Source: a virus
Lineage: Duplodnaviria > Caudoviricetes
IMG/VR virus record: IMGVR_UViG_3300014656_006071
Span: 1 to 34,729 of that record
Length of the DNA: 34,729 bases
Reading direction: 5' to 3' (one strand)
The first letter of the stretch is position 1; each line of letters opens with the position of its first letter. Both the position numbers and the translations under genes were made by a program. This document shows, piece by piece, positions 1-9,628 of the stretch. The notes below the pieces were generated by a model that was not told the DNA's origin, searched no databases, and saw nothing but the letters and a program-made list of their open reading frames with translations.

Positions 1-516
1 CAAAATCTGGTCGGCATATAACAAACCACCTGGCCCAAAACCACTCTTTGTGCCATAGAAGTCGGACTTGTAAGCATCATTAGCGATATCTACATTCATC
101 CGCTGATTCCAGGCATCAATCCCCGCATATGAAAGATTGTTATATAAAGTAACGTCGGCGCCTACCGAAAGAGCACCCTCATTCAGATTCCCGAGTGCGG
201 TCCAAATCTGACCGTACTCTGTACTAATAGTGCTGTTGCCCCAATCTCCGACCATTTCAGACATCAGTGGCTCGCGATCGAACATTGTGAAAACCAACGA
301 ACCAGCAATGCCACGCTTACCCCTAGAGAAAGACTTAGGATTAGCATCGCCTAGCACAAATACAGGAGCTATTTCACGCTTAACGCTGTAGGTAATAGAC
401 TGAATCTCGCCTATAATCCTTTTACCAAAGACGGCAACAATATCCGCACCAGCAAAAGTCGTGAAAGTCTTTGCATATGCGCTAACATTCTCAGGCGAAT
501 AAGGTACGTGTGCCAA
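1..516 (-). CDS. Tail tube-like virion structural protein (C-terminus runs off the window; missing from the ORF track)
   Basis: Hand translation from TTG at 516, with GGAGGT at 525-530, gives MAHVPYSPENVSAYAKTFTTFAGADIVAVFGKRIIGEIQSITYSVKREIAPVFVLGDANPKSFSRGKRGIAGSLVFTMFDR...YADQIL, open to base 1. It lies directly downstream of the sheath gene. The 'SFSRGKRGIAGSLVF' motif is recalled from virion proteins of 0305phi8-36-like myoviruses. Confidence 0.8.
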   Translation of the reverse strand, partial: MAHVPYSPENVSAYAKTFTTFAGADIVAVFGKRIIGEIQSITYSVKREIAPVFVLGDANPKSFSRGKRGIAGSLVFTMFDREPLMSEMVGDWGNSTISTEYGQIWTALGNLNEGALSVGADVTLYNNLSYAGIDAWNQRMNVDIANDAYKSDFYGTKSGFGPGGLLYADQIL

Positions 517-536
517 ATTAATTTACCTCCTAGCTA

Positions 537-2624
537 CTATAGACCAACAGTCAGCCCCAGTGTGAACTTAATTCTACGGAGTTCGCCAGCAGGCACATAT
601 GTAAGAGAAATCGTCATATCCCCAAGGATCTGGTCTCGAGGTGAAACATTCAGTGTGAATTCGTACGCACGAATACCACCCTGAGGATGATCCCTCTCTT
701 CAACCAGGACTTCCTCTACAGTAGCCCTAGCAGCTTCAATATTGTGATCATTAAGGGGATAACCACGCATTGGCTTCAATCTCTTCAGAATAGTCTGAAC
801 AAGAGCAATGCCTGTACGCAGAGACGCTCCCATAGTCCAATCTGACGGCTGATCCACTCCGATATCCTGAGCAAAGGTATCGTCGCGGTTAATCATAACT
901 CTCCTGGTCTCAGGATCTATATCTCCTACACAGAAGTGTAATGAGTTCAATGAGTTAATCGTTGATGGCACGAACTTAAAGCGTATGCCTCTCGTAGGAA
1001 GCACCTTAGCGGTAAGACCCACAGAGTGCCTTATTGCTGAGTTATACCCAGCCAAAAGAGCCTCTGGCGAATCAAATGCGCTTTTCATATTAGCACCTGG
1101 CAATACGAAGTCAGGACCCGCATAGATCTTCAGATATCGACCAGCATCGATGGTGCTACCATCAGTGTCAGTCGTATACATATTAAGAGTCTGTGCGTGT
1201 GCTGAGAGATACGAAGCATATGATCTCTGCACAGCCAATGTCTCAATGGCACCAGTGGCAGGCTGGTAAGCCATAAAAGCCCACTTCATATAGCCATTAA
1301 GGTTGTCATTGTACAGATAGCGCGCCATCTGCGATGCGAAGTTCATAGATGTTGCGGATGCCGTAGTTACACCAGAAAGAGGAGTATCTACATGCATTCC
1401 GAACGGCACTATGATTTCAACAGGATAACCTTCAATCATATCATAAACACCTGGATCTGTCTTCAAGATGCCATAACTGGCAGCAGTAGCCAGGGGTTCG
1501 AGATGATTATAGATGTCCAGAGTGAATGTATTGACGGTATGTCCTTCGTCACTAATTGGAATATTAGCAAACGAATACTCTTCGTCGTCGGCAAAATGTA
1601 AGAGATTCAATCCGCCAGCCTGGAATGTCGGAACACCATATGAACCAGTAGCGTAATGGCTGATAGATGTACCAGTCAAACCGCTATTGTCATAGGTTGT
1701 GGCAGAATATGTACAACCCATTTGTATTGTCTCTGTTCCTGCTGTCAGGTGACGGGCCAGTGTTGCGACTATAAATGAGTTATTCCTACTAGTATTGACG
1801 GTCTCAATCACATCAGCAACAGTGTCAGTTGCGTTGTAGTATATAGTCAAATTATATAGGCTATAGCGGGTCGGAGAAGCAACTAAGATTGTACCAGTCC
1901 TCGTTCCAGAGGCAGAGATAACCTTAATAGAATTACCTTCTATGGTCCCACTCTTATAGCCATTGTACTTATTGCCGGCATAGAGAGAACGCATAACTAT
2001 ACTATGAGGCCAATAGGTCCCAGTAGTCATGCCCAAAGTACCAGTCAAGGGATCTGGCGCAGTGCCAAACCTCAACCAGCCATTCTTCCTATTGAACTGG
2101 AACTCGTATGCGCCGAGCGCAGCAGTGCCAGAATACTCAGTCCAGGTTTGTGAATAAGACCCACTTTCCTGGTAGAATTCTACCGCGCCAGTATTCCAGT
2201 AATCGCGGCCCAGCTGAAAAGTAGTAGCAGTAGCATCAGGAGTCGTACTACCACCCCAGATTCCATCACCTATGTAGGTGCCAGAAGCATTAGTAGCAGT
2301 CAGAATATCGGTACTACCACCGTAATCTATGAGGCAGGTCTCAGCATACTTGCCGGTAATCCTAACGGCGTGCATATCTCTGCATCCGCCGATTCCGGCG
2401 TGAACCATACCTCTCATTAAGTTAAAAGGCGCATTGCTCGGAAGTCCAAAGACGAATTGTCCTCTCTCCGATGTAAGGAGACGCAATGGGAAATTGACGG
2501 GACCATCGTTAGACGTCCCGATAATTAGCATATTGGAGGTATCGGGAACTATCGGAGGAGGGATAAGTTGCCCTTCTCTGAGATGAACCTCTGCGCCAAT
2601 TACATTTTTATTTAATCCAGTCAT
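537..2624 (-). CDS. Tail sheath protein
   Basis: 695 aa. N-terminal 'LIIGTSNDGPVNFP...FVFG' sheath motif and C-terminal 'GIRAYEFTL...DMTISLTYVPAGELRRIKFTL' sheath C-domain. GGAGG RBS upstream, followed by the tube-like gene. Confidence 0.9.
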   Translation of the reverse strand: MTGLNKNVIGAEVHLREGQLIPPPIVPDTSNMLIIGTSNDGPVNFPLRLLTSERGQFVFGLPSNAPFNLMRGMVHAGIGGCRDMHAVRITGKYAETCLIDYGGSTDILTATNASGTYIGDGIWGGSTTPDATATTFQLGRDYWNTGAVEFYQESGSYSQTWTEYSGTAALGAYEFQFNRKNGWLRFGTAPDPLTGTLGMTTGTYWPHSIVMRSLYAGNKYNGYKSGTIEGNSIKVISASGTRTGTILVASPTRYSLYNLTIYYNATDTVADVIETVNTSRNNSFIVATLARHLTAGTETIQMGCTYSATTYDNSGLTGTSISHYATGSYGVPTFQAGGLNLLHFADDEEYSFANIPISDEGHTVNTFTLDIYNHLEPLATAASYGILKTDPGVYDMIEGYPVEIIVPFGMHVDTPLSGVTTASATSMNFASQMARYLYNDNLNGYMKWAFMAYQPATGAIETLAVQRSYASYLSAHAQTLNMYTTDTDGSTIDAGRYLKIYAGPDFVLPGANMKSAFDSPEALLAGYNSAIRHSVGLTAKVLPTRGIRFKFVPSTINSLNSLHFCVGDIDPETRRVMINRDDTFAQDIGVDQPSDWTMGASLRTGIALVQTILKRLKPMRGYPLNDHNIEAARATVEEVLVEERDHPQGGIRAYEFTLNVSPRDQILGDMTISLTYVPAGELRRIKFTLGLTVGL

Positions 2625-2651
2625 TATCTAATCCTCCAAAGATTGTGCATC

Positions 2652-3248
2652 CTAAACGAAACGTTCTATGGAGCCATCAATCAGATCAGCGGCGGCGAGA
2701 TCAACCTTTACTTTATCAAGAACAGGAATACGCTTAACCCAAATATTGGATATAATGAGGACAAAGCGTATGGATCTTGATATTAGCCTCTCATTAGGAG
2801 GCTTCAAGCTAGAATCTATAAGCCGCTGATTAAAAATCAACTGCTGTACCCCAAACGATTTGAAAATACCTGCGTATTGGAGTATGAAGCGCTCAATCTC
2901 TTCAGCAAGATCCTCGGCTTCCGCATTGGTCAATGCCCAACAATTAAACTGTACTGTGTACATCCTATCATCTGACCATACCTCGGCTGCTCCCTCTTCA
3001 GGAATTGCACCTTCCCAAAGTATCCGAGGCTTAGCTGATTTATAGGGAATAGACTGCACAACATGATATGTCACATATTTGTTGACATCAGAACCAGATT
3101 TTGGCCAATCGGGAGCTATCGCTTTACCTGCTTTAGCTGCTATGAAATGTAGGATCGTCTGGAATTCTTTATACGTACAGCTCCTCTTAGACGTTAGCCG
3201 ACCGTCCGGCATTTCTGAGCCAGACGTATAGTCGCTGATATTCGTCAC
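2652..3248 (-). CDS. Putative tail completion/terminator (neck) protein
   Basis: 198 aa. The pattern 'VQFNCWALTNAEAEDLAEEIERFI' is typical of tail-terminator folds, and the gene sits immediately upstream of the sheath. Confidence 0.6.
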   Translation of the reverse strand: MTNISDYTSGSEMPDGRLTSKRSCTYKEFQTILHFIAAKAGKAIAPDWPKSGSDVNKYVTYHVVQSIPYKSAKPRILWEGAIPEEGAAEVWSDDRMYTVQFNCWALTNAEAEDLAEEIERFILQYAGIFKSFGVQQLIFNQRLIDSSLKPPNERLISRSIRFVLIISNIWVKRIPVLDKVKVDLAAADLIDGSIERFV

Positions 3249-4495
3249 GATGACCTCGCTTGGAACGTTATGGTAATATAGTCAAGACTACCATAGAATT
3301 TAAGGGTAATCTCAATCTTCACAGTATCAAAAGATTCCTGTGATACAGAAAAACTCTGGTCTAATAATGGATAAGACTCCAAAACTGCTTTCGTAACCTT
3401 GACAATGTTCTGAATGTTTATTGGCGAGCCGAGCAGAGGCTTATTCCTCCCGAGGAGGCTGAAGTCAATATAGCTCGACGTCCCAGCCGACATCCTCGTG
3501 ACATCTTTGATGACATACCGAGGAAGTCCAGACAAGCCAAGGTAGGTGGGGTCTCGAAACGCCCTATCCATTTCTCTAACAAACTTATGGATTATCAATA
3601 TATTATCGGCCCGACGGAGAACCAGATTATCAGACAAAGTCTCTGCCGAGTACAGTGTTTGCCCGGATCTATTGGCATTAACGAGGTGACCAGTCCGCAC
3701 CGTATTTATACCGGCCGATCGTAAATGTCTCTTCTGGGCATTGCTATATTCCCTTCCTTCGTATTCGGAATCATTCCTATAAGAAGGAATATGCGTATTA
3801 ATTATATTACCAGAACCGTTAAGTTGTGCCATAATTGAGGCCGCAGAAACCGAGAGATAACTTTGCAATGTTGTATTTGGTTGATTTAGATGTCTAATAT
3901 ATGGCCTCTCGTGCGCCAACTTACCAGAGGCAAGCATTATATATGGACTTCCTCGATATATAGTAGTAGTAATTATATTGTTCCATCTGGTACTGCTCTG
4001 GACATCTGCTATGAACATTGTTGAGTTATTCCTAGCAATAGTGTGCATTTGTAAGATTTCTGTAGCAGACAGAGAAGAATAATATATCCCTGGAGTGATA
4101 ACAATAATAGGAGTTGTTGCCTCTATATATTCGCTCAGAAGATCCCAGTCAGGAAAGACACAGAATACGCATCTATCAAGTCCCGTCGCCACCATTGTGG
4201 GAAATACGGTACCAGTAAAGTGTTCTAATATAGTAGCAGACGCCGTTCCAGTAGTGTGATAATAGACAGTGCCAGTAATATTTCTCCTTGTAATAACCGG
4301 ATAATCAACTATTCCGCTCATAGAAAAGGTATCGCTAAAGTCTAGCGGCTCTTCCATAAACGCAGCATTATAACTTGTAACATAAATAGGTTCGCATTCT
4401 GCTGCCCCAGAATACGCAACCAGAACACGAAAGGGATCTGCCCTTGAAATCTCGTGTTGGGGGTCTATGATATAAGTTATGGCACTAAAGTTCAT
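3245..4495 (-). CDS. Sheath-like structural protein (divergent second sheath paralog)
   Basis: 416 aa. 'YSNAQKRHLRSAGINTVR' and the C-terminal 'DTVKIEITLKFYGSLDYITITF' match sheath C-terminal domain patterns. Confidence 0.6.
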   Translation of the reverse strand: MNFSAITYIIDPQHEISRADPFRVLVAYSGAAECEPIYVTSYNAAFMEEPLDFSDTFSMSGIVDYPVITRRNITGTVYYHTTGTASATILEHFTGTVFPTMVATGLDRCVFCVFPDWDLLSEYIEATTPIIVITPGIYYSSLSATEILQMHTIARNNSTMFIADVQSSTRWNNIITTTIYRGSPYIMLASGKLAHERPYIRHLNQPNTTLQSYLSVSAASIMAQLNGSGNIINTHIPSYRNDSEYEGREYSNAQKRHLRSAGINTVRTGHLVNANRSGQTLYSAETLSDNLVLRRADNILIIHKFVREMDRAFRDPTYLGLSGLPRYVIKDVTRMSAGTSSYIDFSLLGRNKPLLGSPINIQNIVKVTKAVLESYPLLDQSFSVSQESFDTVKIEITLKFYGSLDYITITFQARSS

Positions 4496-4497
4496 AT

Positions 4498-4965
4498 CTA
4501 GATTGGTAATCTTGCCCTAATCGCTGCTAAGATATTTACTTCTTGATAGTCATCAATCTTAAGTCTAGAACATACAGTTTTGATATATATTCTTTCATTG
4601 TAAGCATATTTATAATTATAGGACGCATCTATTCTGTATCTGTCTGTGATATCCTTAGCATATCCATGTTCCCATTCTACATCTATAATTATATCACCAG
4701 TCACAACGCGAGCATCTCTCGGAAGATACCATACAGAATAGACGCCGGGGGAACCAAACGAACTATCATCCATAGGCATAAATCTTGCCTTCCATTTGCT
4801 AAGGTGAGGTATCCATCCTAGACCATAACAAATACTACATCCACTATCTGGCTCTCTATATATCTCTTTCCAACAATTACATTGTAGCTTCTGGGTAGGA
4901 CGAAGAACAACTACGTCCCATCCATATTTCTCTAATATTTGTTCGGCTCTCTTTAGTAGCATCAT
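4498..4965 (-). CDS. Head closure/neck protein with Cys4 Zn site
   Basis: 155 aa. 'CNCW...PDSGCSICYGLGW' is a CxC...CxxC motif as in myovirus neck proteins. 'GDIII' stopper-like strand. Located between head and tail genes. Confidence 0.65.
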   Translation of the reverse strand: MMLLKRAEQILEKYGWDVVVLRPTQKLQCNCWKEIYREPDSGCSICYGLGWIPHLSKWKARFMPMDDSSFGSPGVYSVWYLPRDARVVTGDIIIDVEWEHGYAKDITDRYRIDASYNYKYAYNERIYIKTVCSRLKIDDYQEVNILAAIRARLPI

Positions 4966-6368
4966 ACTATTCCATACTCTCTATAAAAATTTGGTACATA
5001 ACTCTCGACTAACTCTCGAGAGCCGCTATTGATCCAGGTCTGGCCAGAATACCACGCGCCCGAAATGGAATAGGCATCATAGATTTTGTAGACAGCATAC
5101 GTTTTTATATTCTCGGTAACGAAATAATAATTGGTTGTATTATCCTTTGTATCTATAATATCTATATGTGTCCTGAATGCTCCAGAAACTATAGAACCAC
5201 TATAATTCAGATGCCTTGTTCCTGACCAGTCCATAGTATCAGAAATTAGACCAACAAGGTCATAACTATCTCGGCTAAAGAGATTTCCAATAGTAGTGCT
5301 ACCATAATTGGAATCCATTAAGAAGTCGTTCTCGCTAATATAATTATTTTGCCCAAATCTAAACTTGATGCGCCAGACAAGAGTATGATAATCTCTACAC
5401 CAGACATATCTATATCTCAGCCCATCCTGAGAAGCGTAATGATTTCCAACATGGCATCTATCGGTAAAGAATGTCGAGCTGAATAAGTCCTGAGTGAGCT
5501 TATTATCAATAGGAAAAAGCTCGGTAGCTGTTGAAGATATAGATGAAGGATCTATATCAATTGTATATCTAATTATCCTATTGTCGGCTACAATACCTGG
5601 ATACCTATCTATACTATGGGACATAGCCTCACTGTTAGGGAGATAGAAGATATGAAGTTCTGCGTGCTTTACTGTAGAACTAAAGTGTCCTCTTTGTAAA
5701 GGAGTATATGCATCGCTAATACGAAAGATAACCGCACCGCTACGATTACTGACAAGGCTATTAACAGGAATCAAGTGTCTCATATTGCGACTAACATATA
5801 TCTCGGATCCCTCTCTATATGTTCCTGTATCGCTAACAAAATGAGCCATATCAAAATTATAGATGAGAGACCTATCTAATAGACCCGAATCGGCGGCGTC
5901 GCCTATAGATAATTTATATATTCCTTCAACGCCACTAGACGACACAGTATCAACAAGAAGAAAGGCACGAACTACTGTTCCCGAAGAAACAACAGTAGCC
6001 GAAAAATCTGTCCAGCCGTGATCCCATCCTCTACCTATCCATACTCCCCCGGCCTTTTGTGTACCAGTATAATCATATGATGCAGATCCAGATACAACAT
6101 AGACAATGTGATGGAGATTATATGGAGAGTAGTCTGTGACAGTGGCAACCATATCGTTATGTCTAAATGTCTTGGTACCACTGTTACATATTATGCCATG
6201 ATCTCCATCAATAGCATAGCCACCATACGTATTGGTCACGACATAGGGCATTCTATACGATTGAGTAGAACCATAAGAATCACTATAATGTACCAAAGAT
6301 TTACGTGGCAAATGTCCGTAATAGTACTTTATAGATCCAGGCTGTGTTGTGCGAGGACTTATCTCCAT
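4962..6368 (-). CDS. Hypothetical virion protein (Ser/Tyr-rich, beta-rich)
   Basis: 468-aa ORF overlapping both neighbours in the neck region. No recognisable family. Confidence 0.6.
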   Translation of the reverse strand: MEISPRTTQPGSIKYYYGHLPRKSLVHYSDSYGSTQSYRMPYVVTNTYGGYAIDGDHGIICNSGTKTFRHNDMVATVTDYSPYNLHHIVYVVSGSASYDYTGTQKAGGVWIGRGWDHGWTDFSATVVSSGTVVRAFLLVDTVSSSGVEGIYKLSIGDAADSGLLDRSLIYNFDMAHFVSDTGTYREGSEIYVSRNMRHLIPVNSLVSNRSGAVIFRISDAYTPLQRGHFSSTVKHAELHIFYLPNSEAMSHSIDRYPGIVADNRIIRYTIDIDPSSISSTATELFPIDNKLTQDLFSSTFFTDRCHVGNHYASQDGLRYRYVWCRDYHTLVWRIKFRFGQNNYISENDFLMDSNYGSTTIGNLFSRDSYDLVGLISDTMDWSGTRHLNYSGSIVSGAFRTHIDIIDTKDNTTNYYFVTENIKTYAVYKIYDAYSISGAWYSGQTWINSGSRELVESYVPNFYREYGIV

Positions 6369-6973
6369 TTATTGGAATTCCTATATCCAGGATACTTCCT
6401 CTGATCGGGGTAATCGTCATGAGACCAACTACGCCTTGCTCCAACACCAGGAGATAGAACCCTATTTTCTCCCTTGATGACCGTCTGTATCTTTCTACCA
6501 AGGTTGAGGTTCATCCAACAGATTTCGGCAGCAAGTTCATAGTCACGAATCAAAGGAGCTATATTATTATAGTTTGGTTCCTTAACACTTAGATCACCAA
6601 GAGTTATCCCTCCGCCCATCGTAGCAATGAATCCACGACGAAGGAGATTTGCTATAACGCTGTTATTAATATAACATATAACATCTCCTTGAAAAGAAAC
6701 AGAAGAACCAGATAGTATTGGATCAACTAAGGAAGCCGCTACGCTCCAGAGACGATGCGTCTGTAGGAATAATTCAGTACAAATGTCTATATCTGTTATT
6801 CCTGGTATAAATCCCATAACGGTATTATAAACAAAAAGGGGATTGCCTATATATGGATCCAGCGTTGATACAAAGGAGAATTGCTGGTCTGTACCAAGTT
6901 GTACTCCTCCAGCCGATGCCACATCTCCGCTTACTGTTATGACATACTGTTGATTATCCAGGAATCCGCTCAT
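6359..6973 (-). CDS. Putative head-tail adaptor with N-terminal partial Ig-like (Big_5) segment
   Basis: 204 aa. Helical core ending in an adaptor-like hairpin 'ITLGDLSV'. The N-terminal 'LDNQQYVITVSGDVASAGGVQLGTDQQFSFVST' resembles the last strands of a Big_5 domain. Confidence 0.6.
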   Translation of the reverse strand: MSGFLDNQQYVITVSGDVASAGGVQLGTDQQFSFVSTLDPYIGNPLFVYNTVMGFIPGITDIDICTELFLQTHRLWSVAASLVDPILSGSSVSFQGDVICYINNSVIANLLRRGFIATMGGGITLGDLSVKEPNYNNIAPLIRDYELAAEICWMNLNLGRKIQTVIKGENRVLSPGVGARRSWSHDDYPDQRKYPGYRNSNKWR

Positions 6974-7320
6974 TCGATTACATACTCCTGTTCGAGTGTC
7001 TCTTCGTCTACAACGTAATATTCCTTAGTACCATCATCATGCTTCTTACCTATAACTCTAGAGACAACTCTTGTAGACGTATATCCAGTGCTGATATTAA
7101 TTGAAGATTCAGCATTCTTCCATTGTAGTGGACATTCATCTTCGTCTATATCTATAGACAATGAATGGCCAGAAGGTAGCGTTAATCGTATAGTGACCAC
7201 CTCATCTTTAGCCAGATTATCCCAATGACAATCCAACTCAGACACGATGTCTCCTCCTCTCAATGTTACTTCCCAGTGAGGATTATGAATAGGAGAAGGA
7301 GAGCGTGTAGGTAACGTCAC
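6970..7320 (-). CDS. Hypothetical protein
   Basis: 116 aa. GTG start preceded by GGAG, overlapping both neighbours. Confidence 0.65.
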   Translation of the reverse strand: MTLPTRSPSPIHNPHWEVTLRGGDIVSELDCHWDNLAKDEVVTIRLTLPSGHSLSIDIDEDECPLQWKNAESSINISTGYTSTRVVSRVIGKKHDDGTKEYYVVDEETLEQEYVIE

Positions 7321-7762
7321 TGTGTGCTCCTACTGCTACATCTGCCGTTGGGAAAATCCCCAGCAACAGATACCAGTTTGTGCCGGAATCTATCTGTGTA
7401 CCTCCATTTATATTTGGGGCACCAGCACCGGGATCAGTACTAGACAGATAATACATATTGGCATCGGCGGTCGTAGCAGAAGTATTCATATCTACTTGTG
7501 CACCAGACCAACTAGAAGATCCATAATCATACATGGACGCCCGAAAAGCATTACTTGTTCCAGTAATCCAACTAGCTGGCGTGCTATTATCAGTTGTGGC
7601 ATCACTAACCCACAATCTTTGATACATAATATCTGAATCTACGACAAAACAGGCCTGGACACCAAGCCTAGAACCGGCCGCTAATGTTCCCCAGTTGAGA
7701 GTCGTAAATGTAGCGCTAGGATCACCTACGTTATCATATTGTACCCAAACGACGGTTGGCAT
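7283..7762 (-). CDS. Hypothetical beta-sandwich virion protein
   Basis: 159 aa, S/T/G-rich, with C-terminal strand 'VTYTLSFSYS'. GGAGG RBS upstream. Confidence 0.6.
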   Translation of the reverse strand: MPTVVWVQYDNVGDPSATFTTLNWGTLAAGSRLGVQACFVVDSDIMYQRLWVSDATTDNSTPASWITGTSNAFRASMYDYGSSSWSGAQVDMNTSATTADANMYYLSSTDPGAGAPNINGGTQIDSGTNWYLLLGIFPTADVAVGAHSDVTYTLSFSYS

Positions 7763-7783
7763 TTAATCCCTCCAAGAAGACTA

Positions 7784-8788
7784 TCAAGAAATAGTAGCCA
7801 GCGCATCAAACGCCGAGCTATATGAGCCACTATCAACATATGTTAGTGACCCGAAACTGAAATTGACACCACTAATAATAACTGTAGAACTAAAAGAAGC
7901 AGACGAGGATATCCAAGGACTAAAGTAAAGATATGTACCAGACGCCCATACTCTTCCCGACACGCTACCATGATCTGTATTTGAATCAAGTAGTGAATAT
8001 CCATCCACCTTCAACCAATCAGTAATGACGGCGGCGCTATCAAGAATAGCGTTGAATCGTATGGCAATTCTACTCGGATTCTGATTACAAGAATCATTCT
8101 CGGGAGACACTGAAATTACATATAGATTCGATGGAGTAGAGCCAAATTCACCATTATAAAATTGCCAATACCAACTCCAGAGACTATCAAAGGAACCACT
8201 TGTAGCCCTGACTCTCCAGTAGTAATTAGCATCGTCGGTGAAATCTATTCCGGCACCGATATTGGTGGCGGTAGTTGTAGAAGACCAGTAAATGGCCGAG
8301 AAGTCATTGTAGCGACTCGTTTGTATGGTATAGGATGTAGCACTAGCAACAGCATTCCAAACGAAATGAAGAGGCTCTGGGTTGGCGCTTAAATCGGGAG
8401 GCATCACCAAGGTTGGCGATTCAATACCCGAAGCAGATGTCTTAAATGGGATTAAGTACCAGGCATATTCTAGTCCCTTATCATATATACTAAGGACACC
8501 AGAATGAAATGCGCCAGAACCTTTGACCCATAATATATACTCTGTACTAGCTGAAAGCTGGGCGCTGGGTGTCAGATGTGCCGTGCGATTTGAGCCACTA
8601 TAAGAAATGCTGACAGTTACGGGGCTACCCTCGGCTGTCAGCATCTTTATATTGTTAGAATTGAGTGTACTCGCGTCCATATCAACCGAGAACTGAATCC
8701 TCGGTTGAATCGTTGGTATTACCCCAGATTCGCCCGGCTCAGGATCAGATGCGAGGATAATCGTATCTTCTAATTCATAACCGGGCAT
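7784..8788 (-). CDS. Ig-like (Big_5) + fibronectin type III + partial Big_5 virion protein
   Basis: Big_5 pattern 'PEPGESGV...IQFSVDMDASTL...LTPSAQLSASTEY'. FN3 pattern 'FVWNAVASATSYTIQ...YYWRVRA...WS'. A second Big_5 begins at 'YVISVSPEND...IRFN'. Confidence 0.8.
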   Translation of the reverse strand: MPGYELEDTIILASDPEPGESGVIPTIQPRIQFSVDMDASTLNSNNIKMLTAEGSPVTVSISYSGSNRTAHLTPSAQLSASTEYILWVKGSGAFHSGVLSIYDKGLEYAWYLIPFKTSASGIESPTLVMPPDLSANPEPLHFVWNAVASATSYTIQTSRYNDFSAIYWSSTTTATNIGAGIDFTDDANYYWRVRATSGSFDSLWSWYWQFYNGEFGSTPSNLYVISVSPENDSCNQNPSRIAIRFNAILDSAAVITDWLKVDGYSLLDSNTDHGSVSGRVWASGTYLYFSPWISSSASFSSTVIISGVNFSFGSLTYVDSGSYSSAFDALATIS

Positions 8789-8805
8789 TGTCCTACCTCA
8801 GGTCG

Positions 8806-9549
8806 TTAGTATCGCCAAACAATTACGTAGTTCAGTCCTCCAGGTAGGGACTGCATATCAAAGCCGTCTATAGAATTACCCGAATACGACTTGACACCAA
8901 GGGTGTATATGATATCAGTTGCTGACATCGATGTCCAGGCAGTTGCGCTATTATCAGCATTGACAGCAGTTTGATTCTGCTGAATAACGAAACATCCGCT
9001 TTCTACTGGGCTTTCTAGTCTATATAGATAGTCATAGTATACAGTCCATGAGGGCGAAGTTGCCACTGCTGAATTCAATGTGAATCCATAGTTGCCAGAA
9101 TTAGTCGTTGTATACGAAAGAGTATATAGACTAAGATCTATAAAGACTCCTGCGTTATTCTTTAGAGCAGTAACACGAATAACTGGAGTATGTATATTCC
9201 CAGCAACTGCAACACCACTATAAAGAGGATCGTATCCTGTACCTGTATAGGTAAACTCACCAGAAGCAGCACTGATTAACAGTCCCGCTCCACTTGCTAC
9301 ACCCGTAAGCACCTGAGCAACACCAATTTTATCGGTAGCCGTCACCTTTACATTATATGTAGCGGCGGCACGATGTTCAAGTGTAGAATCACTATGTGTA
9401 CCTGTAAAGTATGCCTTCCACATCCTGTAGCGCGACCAGATCCCGTCGATGGCATCTCCACCCCACCTAGACGAGGCAAAACCTATACCGTCTTGCCAAA
9501 TCAAGTCGAGTAGATTATATTGACTTGCCGTTATATTTGGATAAGCCAT
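8806..9549 (-). CDS. Hypothetical head-associated virion protein
   Basis: Lies directly after the capsid gene. Start moved from 9588 to ATG 9549 (MAYPNIT...) because GAGGAGGT precedes it, while the 9588 ATG lies inside a hairpin. Confidence 0.65.
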   Translation of the reverse strand: MAYPNITASQYNLLDLIWQDGIGFASSRWGGDAIDGIWSRYRMWKAYFTGTHSDSTLEHRAAATYNVKVTATDKIGVAQVLTGVASGAGLLISAASGEFTYTGTGYDPLYSGVAVAGNIHTPVIRVTALKNNAGVFIDLSLYTLSYTTTNSGNYGFTLNSAVATSPSWTVYYDYLYRLESPVESGCFVIQQNQTAVNADNSATAWTSMSATDIIYTLGVKSYSGNSIDGFDMQSLPGGLNYVIVWRY

Positions 9550-9576
9550 ATCTACCTCCTCGAAGTATCCACCTCT

Positions 9577-9612
9577 GGAGGCTGGCATCTATTAAATAAA
9601 TAACCAGCCTCC
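9577..9612 (-). terminator. Stem-loop downstream of the major capsid gene (terminator or mRNA-stabilising hairpin)
   Basis: Perfect 9-bp inverted repeat ggaggctgg (9577-9585) / ccagcctcc (9604-9612) around an 18-nt AT-rich loop, just after the MCP stop. No U-tract follows. Confidence 0.55.
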
Positions 9613-9628
9613 TAAGGTCGATATATCA

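Noticed and set aside
534-539. Stop-codon reassignment
   Set aside because: TAG, TAA and TGA all end genes at sensible boundaries (the sheath ends TAG TAG just before the next RBS), and long genes are intact in the standard code.
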